From positions 1 to 27,075 of IMG/VR virus record IMGVR_UViG_3300046490_000073: a stretch of 27,075 nucleotides of DNA. One strand, given 5' to 3'. Shown here one piece after another: positions 1 through 8,313 of the stretch (position 1 is its first letter; each line of letters begins with the position of its first letter). Below the pieces are notes generated by a model. It was given only the letters and a program-made list of their open reading frames with translations. It had not been told where the DNA came from and made no database searches. Source of the DNA: a virus. Lineage: Duplodnaviria; Caudoviricetes. A program made the position numbers and the translations under genes.

Positions 1-951
1 CACCTTCGAGATCGAGCACCAGCCGAAGACCAGGCGCTTGTCCTGGTCGAACTTCGAGATGGTGCCGGACCACTCGACGTCGCTCTTGGTCACCGGGGTC
101 TGGTTTACCGCGACCGTGTTGGTCGCCCGGCGCTGGTCGAGCATCCGCTGACCCTTGGCCCCGCCAGCCGCCGCGCCGCCGGCCAGGGCAGTCAGGCCCA
201 TCCCGGCGAGCAGCTTCTTGCCCTTGGGGACGACCTCGTCGACGGCTCGCTCGAGCTCGGCCTGGCGCGCCGCGCGCGGACGGATCGGCTTCATCGTGCC
301 CGGGGTCAGCTTCGCGGCGCGCATGATCTTGCCCGCGCGCAGGGCGCCCTTCTCGATGAGGTCGACCTCGTGCTCGTACTCGGCGAAGGCCTGGGCGGAG
401 AGCTCGATGGCGCGCTCGTTGTCGATCGCGCCCATCGCCCGGGCCTTGATGATCAGGTCGGCGTTCTTCTTGACCTTGGTCTTGGCCTGGTTGTGCAGGG
501 CGTGCGCGGCGATGGAGTCGCCCACCAGCTCGGCGGTGTGCAGCCCGACCGCGCCGGCCGCGAGCGGCAGCGCGTACTTGCCCGCGAACTCCGACTTGGC
601 CCCGACCTTGGCGGCGAGCTTCGTCTTGGAGTAGGCCTTGTAGGGCGCGCCGATGACCTTGGCCGCCTTCGAGCCCTTCGCCGCTGCGTCCTGGATGCGC
701 TCGTCGCGCCCGGCCATCGCCAGGGCGTGGCCGCCGGCGCCGATCGCGAGCGCGTTGAGCCCCTGACCCACGGTGTTGAGCACCCGACCGGAACCGTCGC
801 CCTTGGGCTTGCGCCGCTTGGGCTGGAGCCCGCCACCCGACCCGTTGACGTGGACCTCGGACTGGTCCGGGCCGACGAGCTTGGAGATGAGCTCGCGCGG
901 GTCCACGCAGCCGTCGAAGGCTGCTGCGACGGCATCCAGTGCGGTGGTCAT
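1..951 (-). CDS. Prohead (capsid maturation) protease, XkdF-like, with ~290-aa N-terminal Ala/Gly/Lys-rich extension; 3' end runs off the window
   Basis: Not in the ORF track because it has no stop in the window. Manual translation from ATG at 951 is open to position 1: MTTALDAVAAAFDGCVDPRELISK...PVTKSDVEWSGTISKFDQDKRLVFGWCSISKV. The last segment matches the N-terminus of XkdF-type putative serine proteases (ISK.D..KRLVFGW.S). It follows portal and MuF. Confidence 0.8.
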   Translation of the reverse strand, partial: MTTALDAVAAAFDGCVDPRELISKLVGPDQSEVHVNGSGGGLQPKRRKPKGDGSGRVLNTVGQGLNALAIGAGGHALAMAGRDERIQDAAAKGSKAAKVIGAPYKAYSKTKLAAKVGAKSEFAGKYALPLAAGAVGLHTAELVGDSIAAHALHNQAKTKVKKNADLIIKARAMGAIDNERAIELSAQAFAEYEHEVDLIEKGALRAGKIMRAAKLTPGTMKPIRPRAARQAELERAVDEVVPKGKKLLAGMGLTALAGGAAAGGAKGQRMLDQRRATNTVAVNQTPVTKSDVEWSGTISKFDQDKRLVFGWCSISKV

Positions 952-976
952 ACCCTCATGGTCGCGCATCTGTCAT
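952..976 (-). promoter_or_regulatory. Putative leaderless late promoter (ATGAC-N8-GACCAT-N6-ATG)
   Basis: Same GAC-N8-hexamer-N6 geometry as the sites at 8288, 11582 and 21112; no well-spaced Shine-Dalgarno. Confidence 0.5.
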
Positions 977-3279
977 CCCTCGTAGTCGACGGGCGGGAGC
1001 CCGCGACGGAGCTCCTCGGGGGTCTGCGGCATCCAGGCGGGCTCGAGCGGCTTGAGGTGGATGACCCGGACGTCGTCGAAGCGCAGGTGGGTGTCCCGGT
1101 CGTTCATCTCCTCCTCCAAGTGGAGCTTCTGGTTGAGGGACAGCCGGCTGATCTCCATCCGGGTGACGATGTACTTGCCCTCGACCACCCCCTGGGCCGG
1201 GCCGTAGTAGCCGTCGAAGACGAACAGGTCCGGTGGGATCGCGTCGGCGGTGGCGTCCTGGAGCTCGGCGGCAGCCTCGTCCTCACCCACGATGTCGTAG
1301 GCGTACTGGGTCTTCACCGCGTCCATGGCGTCCGTCCACGGGTGCGGGAGCACCTTGTCGCCGGACTTCCAGGAGGCCGGGGCCTCCTTCTGCTCGTTCT
1401 CGTAGCCCTCGAGCATGAAGGCGAGCTTCTCCTCGTCCTCCCATTCGGCGAAGTGCTCGGGGAAGACGGCCCCCTTCTTGCGCGCGATGAGGGCGACGGC
1501 GTCAGTGCCGAGCCGGTCGATGGTGTCCTCGAGGACGGTGCTGTACTCCTCGTCAGCCTCGTCGTAGCGCTCGGACATCACCTCGTCCATGTAGTTGCGG
1601 CCCTCTTGCCCGAGCCGCGAGTTGGTCGAGTTCTTGACCTCGAGCCAGGGGATCATCTCCCCGATCCAGTCGACGCCGTACTCGTCCTGGCCGTGCTTGA
1701 CCCGCATCGCCGGAGCGATCCAGCGGGTCCCGTCGTTGTCCGTCCCGCCCGCCGCGGTGGCGTCGAAGTCGATGATCGTGCCGGGGCGCGGGTTGAGCAG
1801 CTCGTGGTTGGCGTCGAAGCCGTTGATGAACCGGCGCATCCCGTCCTTGGAGTGCATGTGCTTGTAGACCGCCGAGTAGTACTCGGCGGCGTTCATCACC
1901 GCGTGGCGGCGGTGCTCGATGTAGGTCGGGTCCGTGCTCAGGGTGCGCTCGGGATCCTCGAAGGGGATCGAGACCTCCTCGACCTCCTCGACCTGCGTGG
2001 GCTCCTCGGCCTCGCTCGCGGGCGGCGCCCAGAAGATCCGGGTGACCCGGCGGACGTTGGACCGCGCGCGCAGCGCGGCCGCGAACCCCGTGTCGGCGAT
2101 GGTCGGAAAACCGAACCCGCCGTCCTGCTCTCCCTCGGCGAACCCGGCGTCGGGCGTGACGAACCCGGTGTCGGCGCTCGGGAAGCCGGTGTCCAGGGCG
2201 GGGAAGCCGGTGTCGGTGAGGGGGAAGCCAGCGTCGGTCGGGGTCTCGGCCGCGGCCTTGAGCATGTCGGCGATGCGCTGGGCCTCCGCCGCCGCTGCCG
2301 GGTCGGCGACCCGCGTGCGCTCGCGGGCCGGCTTCCTGGGCTTGGTGGCGAACCTCCCAGCCTGCGCGCGCGGGTGCTCGGTCGGGTCGAACGGCGGGAG
2401 CGCCTTGGCGAACGACGTCCGGACCTCGGGGTAGGTGAGCTCGATGCGGCACCGGCAGTTCGGGTGCACGCCGGGGCAGACCAGGTGGGAGCCGCCGACC
2501 TCGAAGGTGGCCGTGAGTGGGACGGCGACGTTGTGCAGTGGCCCGCAGACCGGGCACACCATCTCGTCCTCCATCGTGATCCAGCGCTTCATCGCGTCGG
2601 CCGGCAGGACGCCCTGGGCCTGCTGGTAGACCCACAGCAGGTGCCTGGCCATCTGGGTCGCGTGGTACGCCTCGTTGTCGCCCATCCGGGTCGAGCGGGC
2701 CGCCAGGAGCATCGACACGAGCTTGCGCGAGGCCTCGGGGATCTCCATCGGGGTGAACGACGTCGGCTTGGTCAGCAGCGGGGTGAGGTAGACGCGCATC
2801 CCCTTGCGGTCCAGCCCGTAGCCCTGGACGGCCCGGCGCCACGCGAGGTCTCGGTCCCAGCCGGAGTTCAGCTGCGCGGCGAAGCCCTCGAGCAGCGCCT
2901 CGGACGAGGTCTCGTTGGCGTAGGCCCCCAGGGCGTCGGCGTACTGGACTGCGAGGAACTCGACGTCGCCTGCGGCGAGTTCGGAGGTCGAGCCCAGCTC
3001 GTAGGCGTGGAGCATCGCCGGCATGACCGCGCGCAGCCACAGGGGCGCGACCTTCTCCCACGCCGCCTTGAGCAGGTCGCCCGCCGCGCCGGGGTTGGCC
3101 GGAGAGTCCTGCGCGAGCAGCTCTCTGGTCATCCACGCGAACGTGGCGAGGAGCCCGGCGGCGATGACGATGCCGATCCGGGAGTGCGGCTCGGCGTCCT
3201 CCGGCTCGACGTACTCGGGGGAGCCGTGCGCGAGGAACGCCTCGGCCGGGTCGATGGAGAGGTCGACCCCCACGGTCAT
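973..3279 (-). CDS. MuF-like (SPP1 gp7-type) minor head protein with long C-terminal extension, 768 aa
   Basis: KRWITMEDEMVCPVCGPLH...PGVHPNCRC is the MuF signature. It is followed by FDPTEHPRAQAGRFA, D(T/A)GF repeats and an acidic domain of unknown function. Confidence 0.85.
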   Translation of the reverse strand: MTVGVDLSIDPAEAFLAHGSPEYVEPEDAEPHSRIGIVIAAGLLATFAWMTRELLAQDSPANPGAAGDLLKAAWEKVAPLWLRAVMPAMLHAYELGSTSELAAGDVEFLAVQYADALGAYANETSSEALLEGFAAQLNSGWDRDLAWRRAVQGYGLDRKGMRVYLTPLLTKPTSFTPMEIPEASRKLVSMLLAARSTRMGDNEAYHATQMARHLLWVYQQAQGVLPADAMKRWITMEDEMVCPVCGPLHNVAVPLTATFEVGGSHLVCPGVHPNCRCRIELTYPEVRTSFAKALPPFDPTEHPRAQAGRFATKPRKPARERTRVADPAAAAEAQRIADMLKAAAETPTDAGFPLTDTGFPALDTGFPSADTGFVTPDAGFAEGEQDGGFGFPTIADTGFAAALRARSNVRRVTRIFWAPPASEAEEPTQVEEVEEVSIPFEDPERTLSTDPTYIEHRRHAVMNAAEYYSAVYKHMHSKDGMRRFINGFDANHELLNPRPGTIIDFDATAAGGTDNDGTRWIAPAMRVKHGQDEYGVDWIGEMIPWLEVKNSTNSRLGQEGRNYMDEVMSERYDEADEEYSTVLEDTIDRLGTDAVALIARKKGAVFPEHFAEWEDEEKLAFMLEGYENEQKEAPASWKSGDKVLPHPWTDAMDAVKTQYAYDIVGEDEAAAELQDATADAIPPDLFVFDGYYGPAQGVVEGKYIVTRMEISRLSLNQKLHLEEEMNDRDTHLRFDDVRVIHLKPLEPAWMPQTPEELRRGLPPVDYEG
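2081..2236 (-). repeat. Imperfect 21-bp (7-aa) tandem repeat, D(T/A)GFxxx, inside MuF
   Basis: DAGFPLT DTGFPAL DTGFPSA DTGFVTP DAGFAEG ..DGGFGF.. DTGFAAA; the + strand shows recurring g(g)aagccggtgtc / gaacccggtgtc. Confidence 0.8.
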
Positions 3280-6200
3280 GTCCTGGGCTCCTTGACGGGC
3301 TCACCGAGCGCGGAGGCGAGCAGCGCGTCCCAGGCCGGGGTCGGGAGCGGGCCCGCGATCTCCGGAGTCCCTCCCGCACGAATGACGGACGCCGCCGCGG
3401 CGCGGGCCTCGGACTCGGTCGGGCTGACGATGACCCTTTCCGTGACGTCCGTGGCGGGCGTCGCCGTGCCGGTCTTGGCCGACGCCTCGTACGCGGCAAG
3501 CGCCAGGGTGGCGGCCTGGTGCGCCTTGTCGAGCCCACGGATGTTCTTCAGCGTCTGTTGGAGCACGGCCGGGGAGGGCTCGCTGTAGCGCAGCGAGTCG
3601 GACTTGTAGTCCTTCTGCTGCTGCTCGAGCGCGAGGTACTCGTCGACCTCGCCCGCGCGCTCGTCGAGGATCTTGCCCGGGAGGTCCTGGATGGAGACGT
3701 CCTTGTTGAGCTCGAAGAACTCCAGGGCGTGGCGGATCTCCGGGTCGCGGGCCATCACGCGCATGAAGTGCTCGTACTTCTTCTGCGGGTCCGATCCGCC
3801 GGCGTCGGGCGCCAGGTCGTCGCCGAAGTCGTAGACCTGCCCGCCCGTGCCGGTGACCGCGCCGACGTCGTCCCACTTCGGGTAGGCCACGGTCTTCTTG
3901 CCCAGGGCTGCGGCCATGTCGTGGTCGATCAGGTGGGTGTCGTGGAGGATCTGGAGCTCGTCGGCGACCTTCTTGGTGAACGCGATGTCGCCCGAGCGGA
4001 CCTTGGACTCGAGCTCCGGGTCGTGCAGCGCCGGGAAGGCGGTGCGCAGCGCGGCGCGCTTGGGGTCGCCGATGGGAGTGCCGGCCACCGCGCTGACGTC
4101 GAAGCCACCGGGGATGGAGCCGGTGGCCGTGTCGGAGACCTTCGTCGCCGTGCGCAGGGCCTTGGCCGCGTCGAGGATGGCCTGGCGCTGCTTGCCGAGC
4201 TCCCCGAGGGTCTGAGTGGTCGCCGGGGCCGCGGCCGGGCGCGCGACCGGCTCGGGCTCCTCGTCCGCGTCGTCGACCTCGGCGGCCATCTGGGAGCCGC
4301 GCACTCCGTAGTTCTGGTGGTTGGTCTTGTCCGCGGACTTCTTGCCCGACCCGGTGATGGACGTGTCGAAGTAGCCGGTCTTCGCGCCCTCGGGGCGGTT
4401 GAACCGCGGCTTGACGTAGCCCTGGTCGAAGCGCCCGCGCAGGTCCCGGCTCTCGTAGCGCGAGATGTAGTAGGGGAACTGCTCCTCGAGCGCCTGGGCG
4501 GCGTAGTCGTAGCCCGAGCCGTCCAGGGCCAGCGTGCTCATCCGGCGGCGCTGCTCGTCGAGCGCGGTCTTCTCGAGCTGGGCGATCTTGCGGTCGACGC
4601 CCAGCACGGACGTCGGGTCAGCCCACTTCGAGGAGAAGGCGGCCTGGGCGCGCTCGGCCTCGGCAGCCGGGATCTCCTTGACCCCGTACTGCGCAGCCAG
4701 CGCCTTGACCCGCTTCATGTAGGCGGCGCGGTCCTGCGCGATCACCTCGTGGAGGTCCCCGGGCTGGAGGTTGTTGGCGATCGCCCAGTCGCGCGCGGCG
4801 TCGTTGGTCGCCTCGGAGGCGATCTGGTCGCGCTTGACCTTGGAGAGTTGCGGGGTGCGGCGCTCGCGAGCCTTGAGCCGGTTGAGCTCGGCCTCGTACT
4901 TCTGGGGCTCACCCTCCGGGTCCCAGAGCCGCGCGGCGTCGTCCTCGATCTCGGTGAGCCGGGTGCGCTCGATGTCGTCGATGGTGACCGAGCCGTTCTT
5001 GACCGTGTCGAGCAGGTGCCCGTAGCGGCTCACCATCCGGGCGGCCTTGTCGTTGAGCCGGCGCCCGCCACGGAAGGTGTCGTCGAACTCGAGGGTGAAG
5101 ACCCCGGAGTTGGACACCACGGTGACGCTGCGCGCGCCCGAGACCAGGCCGGTGTAGATGTCCTCGGTGGTCAGTCCGCCGTACGCCCGGGTGCGGACGT
5201 ACTCGCCGCCCTTGAGCGCCTTGAGGTTCTTCAGGTTGAACGGCAGATACCAGTCCTCGCCGTAGCCCACCGACTCGTGCGCGACCCGCCCGTGGCGGTC
5301 GATGATGACGCCCTGGCTGGGCGGGATCGTCCCGCTCTTGCGCTGGAGGTCGTAGAGGTCGGGGTTGGGCAGCCGGTTCTGGAAGTACTGGATCAGGCCC
5401 GACTCGACGAAGGCCTCGTGGCCCTTGGCGTTCTTCTCGTTGCGCCCGTAGACCACGCGCTCGCGAGCCAGGGTGCGGGCCTCGCGCGGGGTCGCTCCGG
5501 CCTTCTCCGCGCGCGCGAGCTCCCCGGTGACGGTCTTGTCGATGATCTGCTGGAGGCGCGCGTCAGGACGCTTCTCGACGCCGCGGTAGCGGTAGGACGC
5601 CCGGCGCGTCGTGGGCCCGATGACCTTCTCCGCCTCCGGGCCGTAGGTGCCGACCATGGTCGCGACCTGGGCCGCGAGCTTCGCCTGGGGCGGGGCGTTG
5701 TCCCCCATCACCGAGGTCGCCACCGTCCCGACCGAGCGGAGCCGGTTGAACAGGCGCGTGGTGGAGGTCTCGTCGCCGGTCTGCCCGGAGCGGTTCGAAT
5801 AGCCGTTCACCCCGGCCGCGAGCGCGTCGCGCTTCCCGGGACTGCTCAGCACGGAACCGGCGCGCCCGAAGGCGTCACCGAGGTCGGCCGCGGTCTTCGG
5901 GGTCGACACGGCGCTCATCAGGTCGTACGCCGCACCGCCCGCGCTCAGCGTGGGCTTGGAGGTCATCCCGACCTCGACGAGGCGCTGGCCGTCCTTGAAC
6001 TTGCCGGCGTCGACGATGTTCTGCGGGGACAGGCCCACGCCCGGGGTGATGCTCAGCGAGCCGTCCTTGGAGCGCCACACCGCGCGCCAGTACGTATCGG
6101 CGGCGTCGTAGCCGTTGTCGATCGCGTCGTTGATGGTGTCCGCGACCTGGTTGAGCGCCTGGGCGTAGTGCTGGCGGTCCCGGCTCGACAGGCCCGCGGC

Positions 6201-6542
6201 GGAGGGGTGCTCGGTCGCGGTGACCTTGACCCGGCCCGCGCGGGTGTCGGAGTACTTCACCCGCTTGGTGCGGCGGCTCTCGGTGTGGGCGAACTCGCCG
6301 TGCTCGTTGCGCGTGTCCCAGTAGCCCGCGGCCTTGCCGATCGCCTCGACCCGCGGACCGGCGTAGATGTCGAGGGCCTTCTGGATGACCTCGCGGTTGT
6401 CGAAGATCTCGTTCTGGGACAGGTCGTGGCAGACGAACGGCAGCGCGGCCAGCGCCAGGTCGTAGTCGGCCATGACCCAGGCACGGGCCTTCTCGGCCGC
6501 CTCGTGGTTGAAGGCGCTCTTGGACACCTGGACGAGCTTCAC
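3276..6542 (-). CDS. Large virion internal/ejection protein candidate, ~1088 aa
   Basis: GTG at 6542 overlaps the portal stop (GTGA), giving VKLVQVSKSAF. Normal protein composition begins here; the upstream 458 codons of the track ORF are shadow of the portal. It lies between portal and MuF. Confidence 0.75.
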   Translation of the reverse strand: MKLVQVSKSAFNHEAAEKARAWVMADYDLALAALPFVCHDLSQNEIFDNREVIQKALDIYAGPRVEAIGKAAGYWDTRNEHGEFAHTESRRTKRVKYSDTRAGRVKVTATEHPSAAGLSSRDRQHYAQALNQVADTINDAIDNGYDAADTYWRAVWRSKDGSLSITPGVGLSPQNIVDAGKFKDGQRLVEVGMTSKPTLSAGGAAYDLMSAVSTPKTAADLGDAFGRAGSVLSSPGKRDALAAGVNGYSNRSGQTGDETSTTRLFNRLRSVGTVATSVMGDNAPPQAKLAAQVATMVGTYGPEAEKVIGPTTRRASYRYRGVEKRPDARLQQIIDKTVTGELARAEKAGATPREARTLARERVVYGRNEKNAKGHEAFVESGLIQYFQNRLPNPDLYDLQRKSGTIPPSQGVIIDRHGRVAHESVGYGEDWYLPFNLKNLKALKGGEYVRTRAYGGLTTEDIYTGLVSGARSVTVVSNSGVFTLEFDDTFRGGRRLNDKAARMVSRYGHLLDTVKNGSVTIDDIERTRLTEIEDDAARLWDPEGEPQKYEAELNRLKARERRTPQLSKVKRDQIASEATNDAARDWAIANNLQPGDLHEVIAQDRAAYMKRVKALAAQYGVKEIPAAEAERAQAAFSSKWADPTSVLGVDRKIAQLEKTALDEQRRRMSTLALDGSGYDYAAQALEEQFPYYISRYESRDLRGRFDQGYVKPRFNRPEGAKTGYFDTSITGSGKKSADKTNHQNYGVRGSQMAAEVDDADEEPEPVARPAAAPATTQTLGELGKQRQAILDAAKALRTATKVSDTATGSIPGGFDVSAVAGTPIGDPKRAALRTAFPALHDPELESKVRSGDIAFTKKVADELQILHDTHLIDHDMAAALGKKTVAYPKWDDVGAVTGTGGQVYDFGDDLAPDAGGSDPQKKYEHFMRVMARDPEIRHALEFFELNKDVSIQDLPGKILDERAGEVDEYLALEQQQKDYKSDSLRYSEPSPAVLQQTLKNIRGLDKAHQAATLALAAYEASAKTGTATPATDVTERVIVSPTESEARAAAASVIRAGGTPEIAGPLPTPAWDALLASALGEPVKEPRT

Positions 6543-8287
6543 TTCTTGACCCCCTTCGCGGGCGGCTTGGGCAGGGGCTTCTTGCCGGAGGCGGGAGTCT
6601 GCGGCCTGCTCGCGACCTTCTTCGCGGCCGAGAGGCGCAGCTGGTGCATCTGCTCGGTGTGGGTGAGCTTCTGCTTGTTCGCTGCGTCCCCGTGCGCGAT
6701 CTTCTGCTGGGCCGCGGTCATCGCGATCTTGTGCTTCTCGTCGCCCTGGGCGAGAGCCTGCTGCTGCTGGGCCGCGTTGTCCTGCGGGTTGTCGAGCTGC
6801 TGCTGCCCCTGGTCGAGCCCCTGCTGCTGCTGCTGGAGGCCCATCTGGCCCGAGGCCATCTGGGTCGCCGCGCCCTGAGCCTGGGCCTGGAGGTTGATCA
6901 TCTCGAGGCGCTGGGTGGCCAGGCGCTGGATGAACGACTGCTTCTCCTCGGTCTCGCGGACCATCAGCTGGTCCTCGTCGAGCTCGGGGAGGCGCGCGGC
7001 CTGGCGCAGGAACTTCTCCAGCTCGGGGTCCGGGAACCACTGGACGCCGGCGCTGGACATGGAGGTCATGAACTGGCCGAGCTGGGTGAGGTCCGGCGGG
7101 TCGACGTCTGAGGGCTCGATGGTGGGCAGGTCGTCGAGCTTCCAGCCGTTGACCTCGAACAGCCGCGGCACGGCGTAGCGGTTGAGCACGTCCGCGATGG
7201 ACTCGGCGATGGAGTTGATCGCGGAGCGGAACAGGCCGGACTTGTCGGTGTGCAGCGCGTAGGAGCCGACGTTCTCGTGCCCGACGAGGATGAAGTCGGC
7301 GAGCACGGTCATCAGGATGCGCTGCTCGTAGCGGCTGATGATGCCGTTGGTGTCGAACTGGCGGGAGCCGCCGGAGGACAGCAGACCGAAGTCGTAGAGG
7401 TCCTGCTTGGTCTCCGGGTCGATCTCCCGCGGGAAGATGACGCCGTCCTGCTCGTCGCGGCGCACGGTGCGGACCATCTTGCGGAACGCGGCCAGGGTGT
7501 CGGCGTCGGCGGTGCCCGGCTTCGCGGTGAGCAGGCGCATAGGCACGCGCGCGATCGGCATACCGGCCAGGTCGCGCTCGGCGCCGATGCCCTCGATCTC
7601 CTCGATCCGCTTCTTGTAGAACCAGGAGCGGTAGGCGTTGCGCAGCAGCGAGCGACCCTCGGGGTTGCCCTTCACGCTTGAGACCCGGAACAGCAGGCTC
7701 TTCTCGATCGGCAGGGTGACGCTCTGGTAGTAGGGCGGGGCCATCTGGATCATGGCCCGGGTGCCGCCGTGCTCGTCGAAGACCCAGCGGAACAGGGTCT
7801 CCTGCGCGCGGATGGGGATCTTGCGCCAGCCGATCTTCCCGTCGGTGTACTTCGAGCGGTTCTTGGGGTCCTTCTCCCAGGGCCCGACCCGGCGCTTGTA
7901 GCAGATCTCGTGCCACGACCAGCCGTAGGGCAGCATGGTCAGGATCTCGGAGATGAAGTCGTCCCAGGTGTGGCTCATGTCGTTCATGACGCCGTCGAGG
8001 AAGTCGGCGGCCTCCTGGGCCTGCGGCCCCTCGCCGGCCTTCACCCGCCAGTCGACGTTGCGCAGCAGCCGGTCGATCGCGAAGAGCAGGGCGCCGATGA
8101 CCGCCTCGTTGTCCGCCATCTCGCGGTAGACCTGGACGGCCTTGCGGCCGCGCAGCTGCGGGAGGAACTCCTCGTCGACGTAGCCGGCAGCGCGACGCAG
8201 ACCGGTGAGGCCTCCCTCGGCGAACATCGGGATCGCCGGGATGTCCTCCGGCTGCCCGTCGAGGGCGGTGTCGACCGGCTGCGTCAT
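6539..8287 (-). CDS. Portal protein (DUF935/Mu gp29-like) with Gln-rich, basic C-terminal tail
   Basis: Directly follows TerL. Motifs: YREMADN, MLPYGWSWHEI, GNPEGRSLLRNAYRSW, GIGAERDLAGMP, GSYAL. Confidence 0.9.
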   Translation of the reverse strand: MTQPVDTALDGQPEDIPAIPMFAEGGLTGLRRAAGYVDEEFLPQLRGRKAVQVYREMADNEAVIGALLFAIDRLLRNVDWRVKAGEGPQAQEAADFLDGVMNDMSHTWDDFISEILTMLPYGWSWHEICYKRRVGPWEKDPKNRSKYTDGKIGWRKIPIRAQETLFRWVFDEHGGTRAMIQMAPPYYQSVTLPIEKSLLFRVSSVKGNPEGRSLLRNAYRSWFYKKRIEEIEGIGAERDLAGMPIARVPMRLLTAKPGTADADTLAAFRKMVRTVRRDEQDGVIFPREIDPETKQDLYDFGLLSSGGSRQFDTNGIISRYEQRILMTVLADFILVGHENVGSYALHTDKSGLFRSAINSIAESIADVLNRYAVPRLFEVNGWKLDDLPTIEPSDVDPPDLTQLGQFMTSMSSAGVQWFPDPELEKFLRQAARLPELDEDQLMVRETEEKQSFIQRLATQRLEMINLQAQAQGAATQMASGQMGLQQQQQGLDQGQQQLDNPQDNAAQQQQALAQGDEKHKIAMTAAQQKIAHGDAANKQKLTHTEQMHQLRLSAAKKVASRPQTPASGKKPLPKPPAKGVKK

Positions 8288-8312
8288 GCTTCCATCCTCC
8301 CGGACTTGTCCA
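8288..8312 (-). promoter_or_regulatory. Putative late promoter (TGGAC-N8-GAGGAT-N6-ATG); overlaps a GGAGG RBS
   Basis: TGGAC AAGTCCGG GAGGAT GGAAGC ATG. GGAGG could simply be the Shine-Dalgarno. Confidence 0.5.
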
Positions 8313-8313
8313 T

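Noticed and set aside
370-6878. Very long + strand ORFs (1072 aa, 1119 aa) and other + strand ORFs across the window
   Set aside because: Antisense shadows of high-GC3 minus-strand genes; no motifs or RBS, and they fully overlap identifiable genes.
6543-7916. N-terminal 458 aa of the 1546-aa track ORF, or a portal-fusion frameshift
   Set aside because: Arg/Pro-rich off-frame reading of the portal; the GTGA-coupled start at 6542 explains the gene; no slippery site seen.
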